A stretch of DNA of 63,506 bases, the filler included, from Octopus bimaculoides (Eukaryota): assembly GCF_001194135.2 (NCBI RefSeq). It is 5 parts of 4 records of this genome, joined end to end, with 100 filler letters (N's around TTAATTAATTAA, not from the genome) between each part and the next. Parts side by side here need not be neighbours in the genome. Positions count along the whole stretch, not along the records: positions 1 to 8,888 come from NC_068983.1; positions 8,989 to 33,136 come from NC_068993.1; 3 more parts are not named here. One strand, 5' to 3'. Both the position numbers and the translations under genes were made by a program. Shown here piece by piece: positions 1 to 12,011 of this stretch; the stretch's first letter is position 1, and each line of letters begins with the position of its first letter. The notes beneath the pieces were generated by a model. That model searched no databases, was not told the DNA's origin, and saw nothing but the letters and a program-made list of their open reading frames with translations.

Positions 1-75
<75 letters not shown>
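1..75. repeat. (GA)n microsatellite
   Basis: Directly visible pure GA run. Confidence 0.98.
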
Positions 76-78
<3 letters not shown>

Positions 79-528
79 AAGAGGAAGTTGTAGGATTCGT
101 GTTCGTGGAATCTAGGTTTTGCAGTGTGCTACACTAGGAAAGACCGGTTACCAGTTTTGCGATATTCAGTTGTCATTTGCTGACCATGTGCTGCAATTAT
201 GTACATCTGCACGGCTATCCGTGTATAAGCATACACAGACAAATGTATATTTACATATATATGTACCCGATTCAATACAAACTGTAGATATAACCTAGAA
301 GTAGTTCAAGTGTGGCGTATAAATAAAGGGAGAACACAGAGGGGGTGCATTTTCAATTGATTTTTTTAGCAGTTTCAGCAGCATTTTATTGATGAATTCT
401 TAGATTACATCACGACAAAATTCTGGCAGCTTCAGGTGATTTTAACCGAACAGAGTGGTAAAGTAGATGATTTAAGCTGACTTGCTAACCACGTTACAAA
501 AGGAAGAAAATGTTCTCCTTATACATAC

Positions 529-2320
529 ACTTGCTGTGGTACCCGGTAATACGTGGGAGCGGGTATATTCCCAGTACTCTTCACAATGCCTAATTTCTCT
601 CAGACGAAAAATGAAATGAAGTCATAGGACAGATAATAGAAGGCGTAAGCAAATTCATTCACGAAACAATAATACAAATAAATACGTGTGGAATCGGAAA
701 ATGACAATCATCGTTTGGTCAGATGAGTGGAAAGCTGCAAATATATATTCAATGGAAACATCAAGAAGGGAATTGTAAAGAGTGCTATGAGAAAATAAAT
801 AACATGAAAGTTTGAAAGTGTAAAAAAAATTATTTAGAGAAAAGGGCACTTAATTTGACGACTGTGTTTCATGGGTATAGTTCCACTGATCACAAGAATC
901 AAATATCGAATGCAACGGTTAGAACCGACAATTTTAAGTGCAGGTGTTAAGGAAATGCATGTTACATGTTTCAGCACACAACGTTGCAACGTTTAGAATC
1001 GATAATTTTGCTGAAATAATTGATGAACATTTTAACCCCACAACAATTTAGACCAAATTTCGTTAATCAATTAATGAAAAATCATCTTCCGCTTTGCTTG
1101 AGTGGCCCAGGTCAAAATTTATTTGTTTCAACACATTGCTAGTGCATATTCCATCTGTGTTTAAAATTTCAAGAAAATCGGCCTTAAACTTTAAACGTTA
1201 TGGCAGAAAATAATATTCATATGAGAATTTGCACTGAAAGATTCAACTGATTTTTGAAAAAATCGATGCTGATTAAAAATTATAGATTTTTTTGAAATCC
1301 CAAGTGAGTAAGTGACCGCATGGGTATAACCCCTCCACACGTATCGAGTTTCATCAAGATCGGTGGGATAGTCTCGGAGGAGTTAAAATCACAAATTCAC
1401 AAACGCACACAAACACTCAATGATGGATAAGAAGTACTGACCTTAAGTAATTTGAGGCCCACATGAGAATATCCCCTGTCTTAAAAGATTGATGTAAGAT
1501 CCTGAACCTTCTATAAGAGTTAAGGTTCATGTAGTGACTCAATGAAAATCTGAACTCAAAAAGTGTTCGCAAGTTAAGAGGGGGGTATACTGATAAGTTA
1601 AACCTTGTGTATAAGTAGTAGTTTGTATAAATGTAGTTTGATTGTCAGTATATCTATGGGTATGCATGAAATACTGAATAGAAAATGCTTGAGAAATAAA
1701 ATGCGCTTAGCTATTTAAAACCTGAAACACTGGGGAAATAAATCAACGAATTTAAATAATGAGTTTTAGCAAATGAAAACGATTCGTATTATAATACAGA
1801 ATTAGCAAATGCTAATAAGATTACCGTTACTAAAACGTCTGTTTATGCCCATGAAACATTTTTCATCGATTTTCGGAATTTTTCCTCAAATTGATATCTA
1901 TATTAATGGGTAGGACCAATTTGACGAACCCGTGTCGTCGTCATTTTTGTGCATATGCGTAAACAAATTTATTTGTCTCAACGCATCCTTAGCGTATATT
2001 CCATCTCTATATAAAAATCCAAGAAAATCAATTGGAAACTTTAAAGGTTATGGCAGAAAATAACATTCATATGAGAAGTTGCATTGAAATGTCCTATTGA
2101 TTTTTGAAAAATCGATGCTGATTAAAAATTATCGAACATTTTTGAAATTCCACGTGCAGAAGTGGCCGCATGGGCGTAAGCCCAAAACACACACACACAC
2201 ACACACACACACATGTCAAGTTTCATGAAGATCGGTTGCATATTATCAGAGGAGTTAAAGTAACAAATTCACAAATACAGAGTCACACAGCCACAGTGAG
2301 AAATTGCCATTTATGTACAT
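529..2320 (+). mobile_element. Non-autonomous Helitron/Helentron-like element with internal diverged duplication
   Basis: Starts ACTTGCTGTGGTACCCGGT, resembling HINE/DINE-1-type 5' ends. Contains two homologous ~300-bp blocks (about 1117-1420 and 1965-2300), each with the 'aagtttcatgaagatcgg...ggaggagtt...acaaa' motif typical of such elements, and ends in a TACA microsatellite. Confidence 0.5.
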
Positions 2321-2469
2321 ACATACATATATATATACACACACATTACCCTCACACACATATACATACATACATGCATACATACATACATGCATACATA
2401 CATACATACATGCATACATACATACATACATACATACATACTTATCATATGCTGTCTTAGTTTTTTTCG

Positions 2470-2665
2470 CGTTTCTTCTCTTATTCACTATGTTTAGTTC
2501 GTTTTGATGTGGCTTGTTGTGCCTATGGAATATGTCCGAAATATTTCTCAACATATGAAACTATTAGCAGCACTTAAAGAAATGTATTATGTCCTTAAAT
2601 AAGTAATTTTTATTTCTCACCAGATGGAGAATTTTTTGTTGAATTTTCTATCACGGAACAGTACA
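2470..2665 (+). repeat. Dispersed repeat fragment, second copy at about 34290-34480
   Basis: Shared 'atatttctcaacatatgaaactattag(c/t)agcacttaaaga...ctcaccagatggag...ttgttgaattttct...cggaacagtaca'. Confidence 0.85.
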
Positions 2666-4049
2666 TTATATATATATTTATATATATATAGATGAATTTG
2701 TGTGTTCTGTTAAAGAGTTTTATAATTTTAAAGATTTTTTCAGATTTCCGTTTTAGAAATTTAGGCTCAGCTTGGAACATTGACATTCGGAGATTCATTA
2801 CTACATCAAAAGCTTGCACTATCTCAGCTCAGCCATAAAAATTAAATGATGGTAGAATGGTTTGCTTTTGTGCACTTTGCATCGGATCGTAAGAGATCAT
2901 GCGAATGTTAATCCCTTACTTTTTGCCGATACTGGATTTGGTCATTTCCTATAGCTTTCGTAATAAATTTTGTTTTATATATCCGTTTTATATTTCAGCT
3001 AATACTTCTCTATCAACAAAGCATCTATTGTAACCTTTTTCATTTTACGGAATTATGAAATAAGATTTTTACGGTTGTCAACTATGGTTTTCCTTTCAAT
3101 TTGAGTATATTCCGAAAGAATTGTTGTCTACTTTCAGTTATTATCGCTAGAACACAGATTTTCTGGAAATAAAGGGACGTGTAACTGACTACACCAAAGT
3201 AAATCAGAATATAAAGTCTAAAATAATATAGATAGTGCTTGATAAATTTTCTCTCACTATAACTCATTGAATCATATTCGATACATGAAGACCGTATATT
3301 TAAAGGAACCCGTCTGTAAATGATGGTGAAAGTCAACTACGTTAAGAAAGTAAAAGGTGAAGTTAATAACTGCAAAAACTTTGTACATATCTCTTCATTT
3401 TTCATCTCTATATCATCTTTTATCTACCAGTAATAATAAGATTACTTTCCAATTCAATTAAAAAAAATTATATAGTGAAATATTATTTGATATTCTATTG
3501 AGTTATCTCGTATATATGTGCCTTTTTTAAAAAGAGCTTCCAAGCACAGATGCCAGAAAAGTAGATAATTATATCTAAAATACAAATCTGGAATAAATTT
3601 TGTTTGTAGTATATTAGATATTTTCACTCTCGGTTGGAATGATAGATAGATAGATAGATGATATATAGATATATAGATTAATATCTATATATATATATAT
3701 ANNNNNNNNNNNNNNNNNNNNNNNNNNNNNNNNNNNNNNNNNNNNNNNNNNNNNNNNNNNNNNNNNNNNNNNNNNNNNNNNNNNNNNNNNNNNNNNNNNN
3801 NNNNNNNNNNNNNNNNNNNNNNNNNNNNNNNNNNNNNNNNNNNNNNNNNNNNNNNNNNNNNNNNNNNNNNNNNNNNNNNNNNNNNNNNNNNNNNNNNNNN
3901 NNNNNNNNNNNNNNNNNNNNNNNNNNNNNNNNNNNNNNNNNNNNNNNNNNNNNNNNNNNNNNNNNNNNNNNNNNNNNNNNNNNNNNNNNNNTGTGTGTGT
4001 GTGTGTGTGTAGTATTGGAAATTATTTATCACTGGATGTATAAGATCCG

Positions 4050-5100
4050 CCGATATTATTTTGATTTTCATACAAAAAATATCAAACTCATTAAGAATCT
4101 TAGCATTCTCTTGTGTACATAAATTTCAAATTCTTTAAAATATCACGAATGAGTAAATTTGATATGCTATATATTCCCACTGTGAGCTTAATCGTATAAT
4201 AAAATACTTGGTCTAAGAGATTTAGGGAATTGTGTATTGATGTCAGCTGGAAACCACGTTGAGGTCCAGCTATACGCCATAGAAAATTGAAAAAATAGAA
4301 TTGTAAAATTGAATGTCATTTAATGATTTAATACAAGAATAAACGAATATTCGTGATAAAATATAACATTTTATTTATCGAACATGTTACTAAAAATCAA
4401 TATCGAAGTGAACAAAAAAGGCCAAAAGTAAGTATGCTCAAACATAGTATTATCGGCGATTCCAAAAATAAGGCATAAACAAAAGCCTAAAGAACAATTT
4501 AATCCGGTTCCTTGGCATTCTTTTATCATTTCGTCTCTTAGCATATCCGAAGATATAGCAAACATGTTTAGTATCCGCTTATTGTACGCGATTGATCGGG
4601 CTTACGTGCTAAAGCGATTCAAGTATTTGTTACCTCAGATATACATTACCGTCACCTAACTTATAAACATACTGCACATCTTAACATATAGTAAAGAATT
4701 GTAAAAGTTACAGTGTGAGAATCTAGACATACAGAACCTTTAGACGGTATTTTTCCCTGTAAAAGTAGCAGTCAAATCACCTTCAAATATTACCCTATCA
4801 TTTAAAAATCGATAAAACAATACTGAATATAATATGGCAAAATGGAAGGTAAAATGATAACGACTTGTATGCCGGTGAAACGTAGAACAATTTACAGAAA
4901 TGAATATATCTCATGTTTTCACTTGATAGTCTTTTTAAACTAACTTAGATTCCTTTTATTTGCCTCGCAGACTAATAGTCTTTTGAAGAAGAATAATGAT
5001 GTCCGCATGACTTCTCTGTTCAACAACATTGCTTACATAAAAGGGCACGAAACGTTAGCGTTCTTACACCTCCAGCGACTAAACTTATAAGATTCTTCTA
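4050..5100 (-). pseudogene. Possible heavily decayed Mutator-like (MULE) transposase
   Basis: Only scattered minus-strand peptides resemble MULE motifs (LFYVSP, IKLFFRLLFMP, HPVINNF); many stops and frameshifts. Confidence 0.2.
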
Positions 5101-6069
5101 TGAATATTCTTGTGCATTAATTGTAATCTATTTCATACTCTAATGCATTGCATATTTGCGTTTGGATTATATACTGAAGTCGACAAATCATCAAAATAAC
5201 TATATGCTTGTCAAGAGTAACGAAATTCAAATGTATATTTTGAAACTCATGTTTTGAAGAAGTTCAAGCGAAAGTGCATACTTTAACATATTTAACATAC
5301 TTAGTTCCGTCCAATAAGATATTGAATTGGAGTATCTGTTATCACTTCTTCCATCTTATTCAAACGTTAATCTAAGTTTGTAAAAGCTAACTTCTAATAT
5401 TCGATGCAAGAAAATTGTAATGAAATCTAGTAACTTAGTGGGGAAGTATGCTATTGAAGTAGATAATAACAATCAACGAACTGTTTACTGTGACGATGAC
5501 TGATTCGATAAGAGTAATCAGAAACATTGCACTTTTTAATAACTTCACTCTAATTGTCTCGTAGCCATATGGCTTATACTGAATTCCTAAAGAATTTATC
5601 TTTCCTCTCATAACATCAGAGTCCTTAATTGCTTGTGGTAATAATTTCAACATGTTCAAGAACTGATTGTCCAAGAAGATAACAATCAATAAGTACTATG
5701 TTTTAGTAATATTTTGTTTTGAGTAGCTTGCATGACGTGACTGAAATACTAAATTATAAGATAGTGTGAAGTTTCCGCCATGAAAAACGTATGGAACAAA
5801 ATAATTGATGCTACCTCCTGTACTTGGCCACGCAGGGTTGCAACATGTGGGCGGAATAATCTATTCTCGTTGAAAACATAAATTAATTGAGATGTGCCAA
5901 GCTACTTACAATCACAGAGACTTAAAGAAACCATTAATTGTATTTATATTGTAATATCTCTCAACTGTAAAACCAGTAATTTATTAATGGTGGCAATGAT
6001 TTCTAATCGTCACATTGAGGTACAAATATCGAGTGAAGAATATGTAGATTAATAATAAGAAGAAGAATG

Positions 6070-6114
<45 letters not shown>

Positions 6115-6242
6115 TGCCACAGAACCACTATTATTAGAAGTAAGAAGGTCAGGCTTGTGTAGGATGAAAGATTGCAAAGATAAAGCACTATACAAGAAAT
6201 TGAAAACGAAGTCTTGGGAACATTGAGCAAAAATCTCGAGAA

Positions 6243-6281
6243 GTAGCGTAGGAGTGTCTGTGTGGTAAGTAGCTTGCTTAC
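6243..6281 (+). mobile_element. Truncated 5' head of tRNA-derived SINE family C
   Basis: gtagcgtaggagtgtctgtgtggtaagtagcttgcttac matches the head of the copies at 47772 (+), 38787 (-) and 45195 (-). Confidence 0.85.
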
Positions 6282-8592
6282 TTGCGGTTTGCCCACTGCG
6301 CATGTGCGTCAGACTTGCTACTTGCCGTCAACAATGATAGACATTAGTTTCGGCTCTGTCTAAAAAAAGGAAAAATTGAAGAACTTGCCGAGGTAAGTCG
6401 TTTTTGTTGCTCAGCTGGGCAGCAATTTATTGCTTCTATTTATTTTTTCAGTAAATTGTTGTCCAGCGGTGTGGCATCTTCGCTTTCCTTGGCGGGTTTT
6501 TTGTGTGTTCGTTGTACGAACAAATTTTGTATTCGCTGTTTGTAGGAGGCGGGCTCGCTTGCCCACAGTAGCGAAAATTTTTGTTTTGACTTTGAACCAA
6601 AAAAAAACAAGCAGCTTTGAGTGAAGTCGACCGAGGTGGGCGGAATTGGTTTTTGAGCTGTGTGTAATTTATTGTGTTTCTTTTTGCAGTAAATTTGCCA
6701 GCTCTGGAGCAGTTCCGTTTACTTTCGGCGACTTTAGGACAGAATTGTGTTTCTCATTCGTCGTTATTAATAGGTGGGTTCGAGTCACCATAAGGCGGAC
6801 TGAGAATTTTTTGTGAAAACTTTTTGTGTCTCACTTAATTGCGAGAACTGTTGTTTTTGTGGGCGTATCTCGCCTCCGAAAAACTTGCAAAAAATTCTAA
6901 CAATTTGTGAAGGATTTCTCTGTGTTCCTGTTGCTGTGGCCCTTGATTACCTTTACTGGAATACCTTATTGGAATACCTGTAGGCTAGGATTACCGAGTC
7001 GCCGGAATTGTGTTGCTGTGACTTGAACTGTCTTCCTTCCTTCTTTTCTTCTGCTCTGTCTTTCTATTGTTTTTGTATTTATTTATTTGTTTATTTATTT
7101 ATTTATTTATTTTTGCTGTGAACCTTTTTGTTGAATTTTCGTTGGACTTCTTTTTTTGTGGAACATTTTGAACTTTTTTTGAAAGCATGGCAAAAAAAAG
7201 TAACACTGTCTTGGAGTGGGAACTGTGCCCACCCAAGCAGTGGTTGAAAGAAATGGAGGAAAGAACAGTGACGCTCCGAACCTACTCAAAGGTGTTGGAT
7301 AGCGTCACTGTCTTTCCTCAAACTATTATTGAAAAGGAACTTGCGAATGTTAATGCGAACTTTAAATATATTTCAAGGGGAGTCAAATATGCAACCGTAT
7401 GGTTGCTTTTTGACTCCCCGAGTGAAACTCGCAAATTTGCGAGTGGGCCCATTGAGGGCAAAGAAATTTTGTTTCTGCCCACATATTGTGGACAAAAAAT
7501 AACGAGGGCTTGGGTCTGCGGGTTGTCGCCTGGAATAAAGCCCGAGTGGATAGAGGATTCTTTCCGCCGGGGTCTGAGCGGCACCAGAACAAAGCTCCTC
7601 AATGTAAAAATTTTGCCAGCAATTCACTGGGAGGGGTCAAAAGCGGTGTTGACCCTCTGGTCCCTGTCGATTGCGAGTCTGGTGTTTCCAGACTTTTAAG
7701 GACGGCTCAGGCAAGGTATCCAGTGATTCTGGAAGGACNNNNNNNNNNNNNNNNNNNNNNNNNNNNNNNNNNNNNNNNNNNNNNNNNNNNNNNNNNNNNN
7801 NNNNNNNNNNNNNNNNNNNNNNNNNNNNNNNNNNNNNNNNNNNNNNNNNNNNNNNNNNNNNNNNNNNNNNNNNNNNNNNNNNNNNNNNNNNNNNNNNNNN
7901 NNNNNNNNNNNNNNNNNNNNNNNNNNNNNNNNNNNNNNNNNNNNNNNNNNNNNNNNNNNNNNNNNNNNNNNNNNNNNNNNNNNNNNNNNNNNNNNNNNNN
8001 NNNNNNNNNNNNNNNNNNNNNNNNNNNNNNNNNNNNNNNNNNNNNNNCTGTCAGTGGGATTTATGCCACTGACAGAGCAGGTTGCGACCCCTGCCGGTGA
8101 TGAGGAAACGGAGTATATCTTCTGTTACCTCAACGGAGGGCCCGTTGAAAAGTGTCTGGATGATCTATTTGACCGTGAGCATTACGACTCGGTATGTATA
8201 GACCATCCAAGTTGGCCTCCGCAGGTGGCTGCGGAGGTCTTAAATCATAGTGAAGTCATGGAGGTCGAAAAGACCTGTCAAAAAGAGGATTTTACTTACG
8301 TTCTTCCGGGCTTGCCACTGCAAGATCTCCTGATGGCGACGGGATACTTGCTTGGAGGCCCGGATGAGGAAGATTAGATCTTTAAAAAGAACTTTTATTG
8401 AACTTTATTGAACTGCCATTGAATTTTTGACTTTTATTGGATTTGTATTGAACCATGTTTTCGAGGGGTTATCGTCCGTGCCTCTCTCATTTTTATTCAC
8501 CTTTTGTTATCATCCTCATCACATTTATGTCTTTGTCTAGCCCGCAGCTACCACTCTATGTACATCCCTTGTGGCTAATTCAATGAAATAAA
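6282..8592 (+). mobile_element. ORF1-only Tx1/L1-like non-LTR element (half-LINE-like)
   Basis: About 0.9-kb 5' UTR with repeated modules, a gag/ORF1-like frame, a short T-rich 3' UTR and AATAAA at 8587-8592. The 13-mer AAGTAGCTTGCTT occurs at 6267-6279 and 8591-8603. No RT or endonuclease in the visible sequence (gap 7739-8047). Confidence 0.55.
7187..8377 (+). pseudogene. Tx1/L1-type ORF1p-like protein (RRM-like region leading toward a zinc knuckle), one frameshift near 7695 and an internal gap
   Basis: ORF 7187-7699 (RTVTLRTYSK...KYISRGVKYATVWLLFDS...FLPTYCGQKITRAWV) joins ORF 7486-8100 to give PDF-LRTAQARYPVILEG if one T is restored in a T run. V(I/L)EGR precedes the CCHC knuckle in Tx1-type ORF1. 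A C-terminal frame 8048-8377 follows the gap. Confidence 0.6.
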
Positions 8593-8603
8593 GTAGCTTG
8601 CTT

Positions 8604-8888
8604 GCCCTTGACTTCCGGTCTTGCGCGTTGGCATTACTTTCTGTCAACCTGAAGAACTGTGTAGACGTCCGTCGTTCGACACCGTCCAAAAATTGAACTG
8701 TGAGAGTCGACCGAGGTAGGTGAAATTGCTTTTTGACCTGGGAGGGGTTTGTTGCTGTTTTTTTTTTTTTTGCAGTAAATTCGCTCAGCTCAGTTTTGCC
8801 TGCTTTCGGCGACTTAAATTGTTGCTCACTTAGCGAGCAAAAATTGTGTTTCTCGTTCGTCGTTGTTGGTGGGCGTGCCGTCACAACG
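8604..8888 (+). mobile_element. 5' end of a second, diverged copy of the same element
   Basis: 'gtcgaccgaggt...ttttgcagtaaatt...ctttcggcgactt...aattgtgtttctc(g/a)ttcgtcgtt' is shared with 6625-6790; the copy runs into a gap. Confidence 0.75.
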
Positions 8889-8932
8889 NNNNNNNNNNNN
8901 NNNNNNNNNNNNNNNNNNNNNNNNNNNNNNNN

Positions 8933-8944
8933 TTAATTAATTAA
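8933..8944. other. Assembly linker TTAATTAATTAA inside N gap (also 33181-33192, 51256-51267, 59494-59505)
   Basis: Same 12-mer, with stops in all six frames, centred in N runs; here 44 N + 12 + 44 N = 100-bp placeholder. Confidence 0.95.
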
Positions 8945-9121
8945 NNNNNNNNNNNNNNNNNNNNNNNNNNNNNNNNNNNNNNNNNNNNGTGAAGATACTC
9001 ATTATCCATCGATTTCCATCTAATTTTTACCCCCCATATCTTTATGTTACCCCCATGTTTGTCTGTCCTGTATTGTCCGTCCACTCTGTATTCAAACTTT
9101 CATGGCGGGAAAAAAAAAATT

Positions 9122-9380
9122 GTGCCTTATTTAACACACTCACTGGTTCGATTTCCACTCAGTCGTTGATAACGGACAGAGTCAACGACTATTGGAAAGG
9201 TTGCAAGACGCAACGGAAATTTTAGGAAAAATAAATAAGTAAATGAGTGGAAATCGAACCGGTGAGTGTGTTAAATAATAAGGCACTGAAAGAGAATGAC
9301 TTTCCCCAGACACAATAAAATATGCTTCAACACGAATTCACATAAATAATCTTGCAAACCAAATACAAAAACGATATATA
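9122..9380. mobile_element. Foldback/MITE remnant with inverted arms; related copy at 63257-63440
   Basis: 9122-9161 is the reverse complement of 9244-9286; the right arm sequence recurs at 63.3-63.4 kb. Confidence 0.75.
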
Positions 9381-9482
9381 TATACAACGAAGTCGATTAT
9401 AGTATACATATGAATTCACACGCACGCATAAATATGCGTGTGTATGCATAGATAAATGTATATATGTATGTGTGTGCTTAAG

Positions 9483-9486
9483 GAGA

Positions 9487-9557
<71 letters not shown>

Positions 9558-9628
9558 AGAGAGATAGAGATAGATAGAGAGCGATAGAGAGAGAGAGAGA
9601 GGGAGAGAGAGAGAGAGAGAGAGAGAGG
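9483..9628. repeat. (GA)n microsatellite
   Basis: Directly visible. Confidence 0.95.
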
Positions 9629-9924
9629 TTTCCAAATATCACAATATCTTTTAGTCACAATATCTTATATATGAAATGGACAAGTGTTCTGATAATGTTG
9701 TTATCAAAACATACGGAATTGATCTGAGATAGGGACGTGAAATGTGGTAGCCATAACTTAACAATAAAGTCACGTGACAGAAAAACAGTTTCATCTTACA
9801 CACATCTTGACTCAATGATAAATGTTGTAACTCTATACTGCTCCTTTGAGGTTTGGCTGTTAAAATTAACAATCTTAATCCAGTTGTTTACTTGTTTATA
9901 AATATTCTTATTGTTTAGAGATAT

Positions 9925-10048
9925 AGTAGTAGTAGTAGCAGTAGTAGTAGTAGTAGTAGCAGTAGTAGTAGTAGTAGTAGTAGTAGTAGCAGTAGTAGTA
10001 GTAGTAGCAGTAGTAGTAGTAGTAGTAGTAGAGGTGCTGCTGCTGCTG

Positions 10049-10109
<61 letters not shown>

Positions 10110-10163
10110 CATTACTACTTTCTACTATAGCATCCTATACATTCTACAATGATAATAATTACT

Positions 10164-10213
<50 letters not shown>

Positions 10214-10230
10214 TGTTGTTGTTGTTGTTT
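9925..10230. repeat. Compound (TAG)n-(CTG/CTA)n-(TAG)n-(TTG)n microsatellite
   Basis: Directly visible strand-switching trinucleotide tracts. Confidence 0.95.
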
Positions 10231-10282
10231 TTATCGTTTACTTATTTACGTTGCTGTTGCTTTTTATTTAGACCATTTACTC

Positions 10283-10460
10283 GCAGAATCGTTACTGCGC
10301 CAGACCAAACGTTCAACCGCATTTCTTTCGGCTCTTTACGTGCTGAGTTAAAATTTCTGACTCAATAAAATAGAGTACACATTGAGTACTTGGGTCGATG
10401 TAATCGACTCCCCTCCCACCAGAATTACTAGTCTTGTGCCTAAATTAGAGAGAATTATTA
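10283..10460 (+). mobile_element. SINE family D, internally deleted copy
   Basis: Matches the head and tail of the 11119-11332 copy. Confidence 0.7.
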
Positions 10461-11069
10461 TTATTACTATTACTATTCTTTTTCTTCTTCTTCTTATTAT
10501 TTTATCAAGTGAGAAAGTAGTACATGCCATCAAAGTGACTCTGGGGTAAAATATACGAAGCCCTTTATACCCATCATGACTACCCGTCTGATAAGGGTAC
10601 ACCAGGCATTGTGCATCACAACCATATGTGCGCGACATGGTGATTTCATATCAAGATAAACAGCGCATGACCTCGCAGGTGGGGCCCAGTTAGAATTTTC
10701 TTTAGGTCGAGTAGCCCATCCTGCTCAAAAGGTCCCTCAATAAGGTTTGTTTAAGGATGTTGAGCAAAATACCCATGTTTCCAAAGGTGAATTACTCAAA
10801 CCTCAAAGAATTCTTCTCAACACATGGCTATGAGGATTCCCCCACTACTTCTGCTCATGATCAGAGATGCACATATCATCAGCCACCAAAGGACATACTC
10901 AACTGGTTAAGGTCAAACAACTGACAAGCCAATCTGTGGTATTGAGCAGAATATTTGCTGTAGCCCATCTTTTATACCTAGACAAAACAATGTACATGAT
11001 AACACTTCCAATCAATTAAGATCAGAAGCCATGAGAGCCACTGCCTGGTTCTGCATCCGGGCATTATTA

Positions 11070-11117
<48 letters not shown>

Positions 11118-11118
11118 A

Positions 11119-11332
11119 GGCGGCGACCTGGCAGAATCGTTAGCATGTCGGGCAAAATGGTTAACGGTATTTCGTCTGTCCTTACATTCTGAGTTCAAAT
11201 TCCGCCAAGGTCGACTTTGCCTTTCATCCTTTCGGGGTCAATAAATTAGGTACCAGTGAAAAACTGGGATTGATGTAATCGACTAGTCCCCTCTCCCCAA
11301 ATTTCAGGCCCTGTGCCATAGGAAAAAGGATT
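11119..11332 (+). mobile_element. tRNA-derived SINE family D (central domain recalls Meta/RUDI-type SINEs)
   Basis: A-box-like TGGCAGAATCG, B-box-like GAGTTCAAATTCC, 'gcctttcatcctttcggggtcaataaa' core and ATT tail; multiple copies in the window. Confidence 0.8.
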
Positions 11333-11828
11333 ATTATTATTGTTATTATTGTGGTTGTTGTTGTTGTTGTTGTTGCCGTTGTTAATAATGTTACTGATAG
11401 ATATTGGTTTCAAGTCTTGGTACAAGGCGTGAACTCAGAACGTAAAGTTGGAAGAAAAACCACTAAGCAGTTTATTTGGCGCGGTGACGATTCAGCCGGC
11501 ACACTGCCTCATTGCTAATAAATATTACTTATATTAATTATAAATTTCATTGAATTTTATTTCTCTTGAATAGAGATCTCTCGAGTTCTGTAGTAAGTAT
11601 GGTTGTGTTGATATTATTATTTATACCGCGCCATTGCCTCCCAACGTCAGTGGCGGAGTTTTGCAATGTCAGTCATTCGAAGTCCTATACCCCCTGAAAA
11701 GGGAAAAGGGTTGTTACAGACCGTTTTAGCCGATTATTTATACACATACGAGCCATTCTCAGATTTACTGCAATGCAATAACGTATCGGAGTTTAAGGTC
11801 TTGTTATTAATGAGCTCTGAATTACCAC

Positions 11829-11885
<57 letters not shown>

Positions 11886-11955
11886 ACCACCTAGCGAGTT
11901 AGCTAGCTCAACATATACATGTAGTACACACATGATTATATCTATATACATACGC

Positions 11956-12011
<56 letters not shown>

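Noticed and set aside
6385-6700. Spliced-leader RNA genes (donor site followed by U-rich tract)
   Set aside because: The U runs are preceded by C/G rather than the A of an Sm site, a 3' acceptor follows, and SL trans-splicing is not established in molluscs.
10520-11060. Non-coding, GC-richer block that looks like an interspersed repeat or solo LTR
   Set aside because: Single copy in the window, with no TG...CA ends, TSD or coding signal to classify it.
11574-11592. 19-nt micro-exon candidate (ttgaatag|...|gtaagt)
   Set aside because: Not a multiple of three, no partner exons identified, and such pairs arise by chance in AT-rich DNA.
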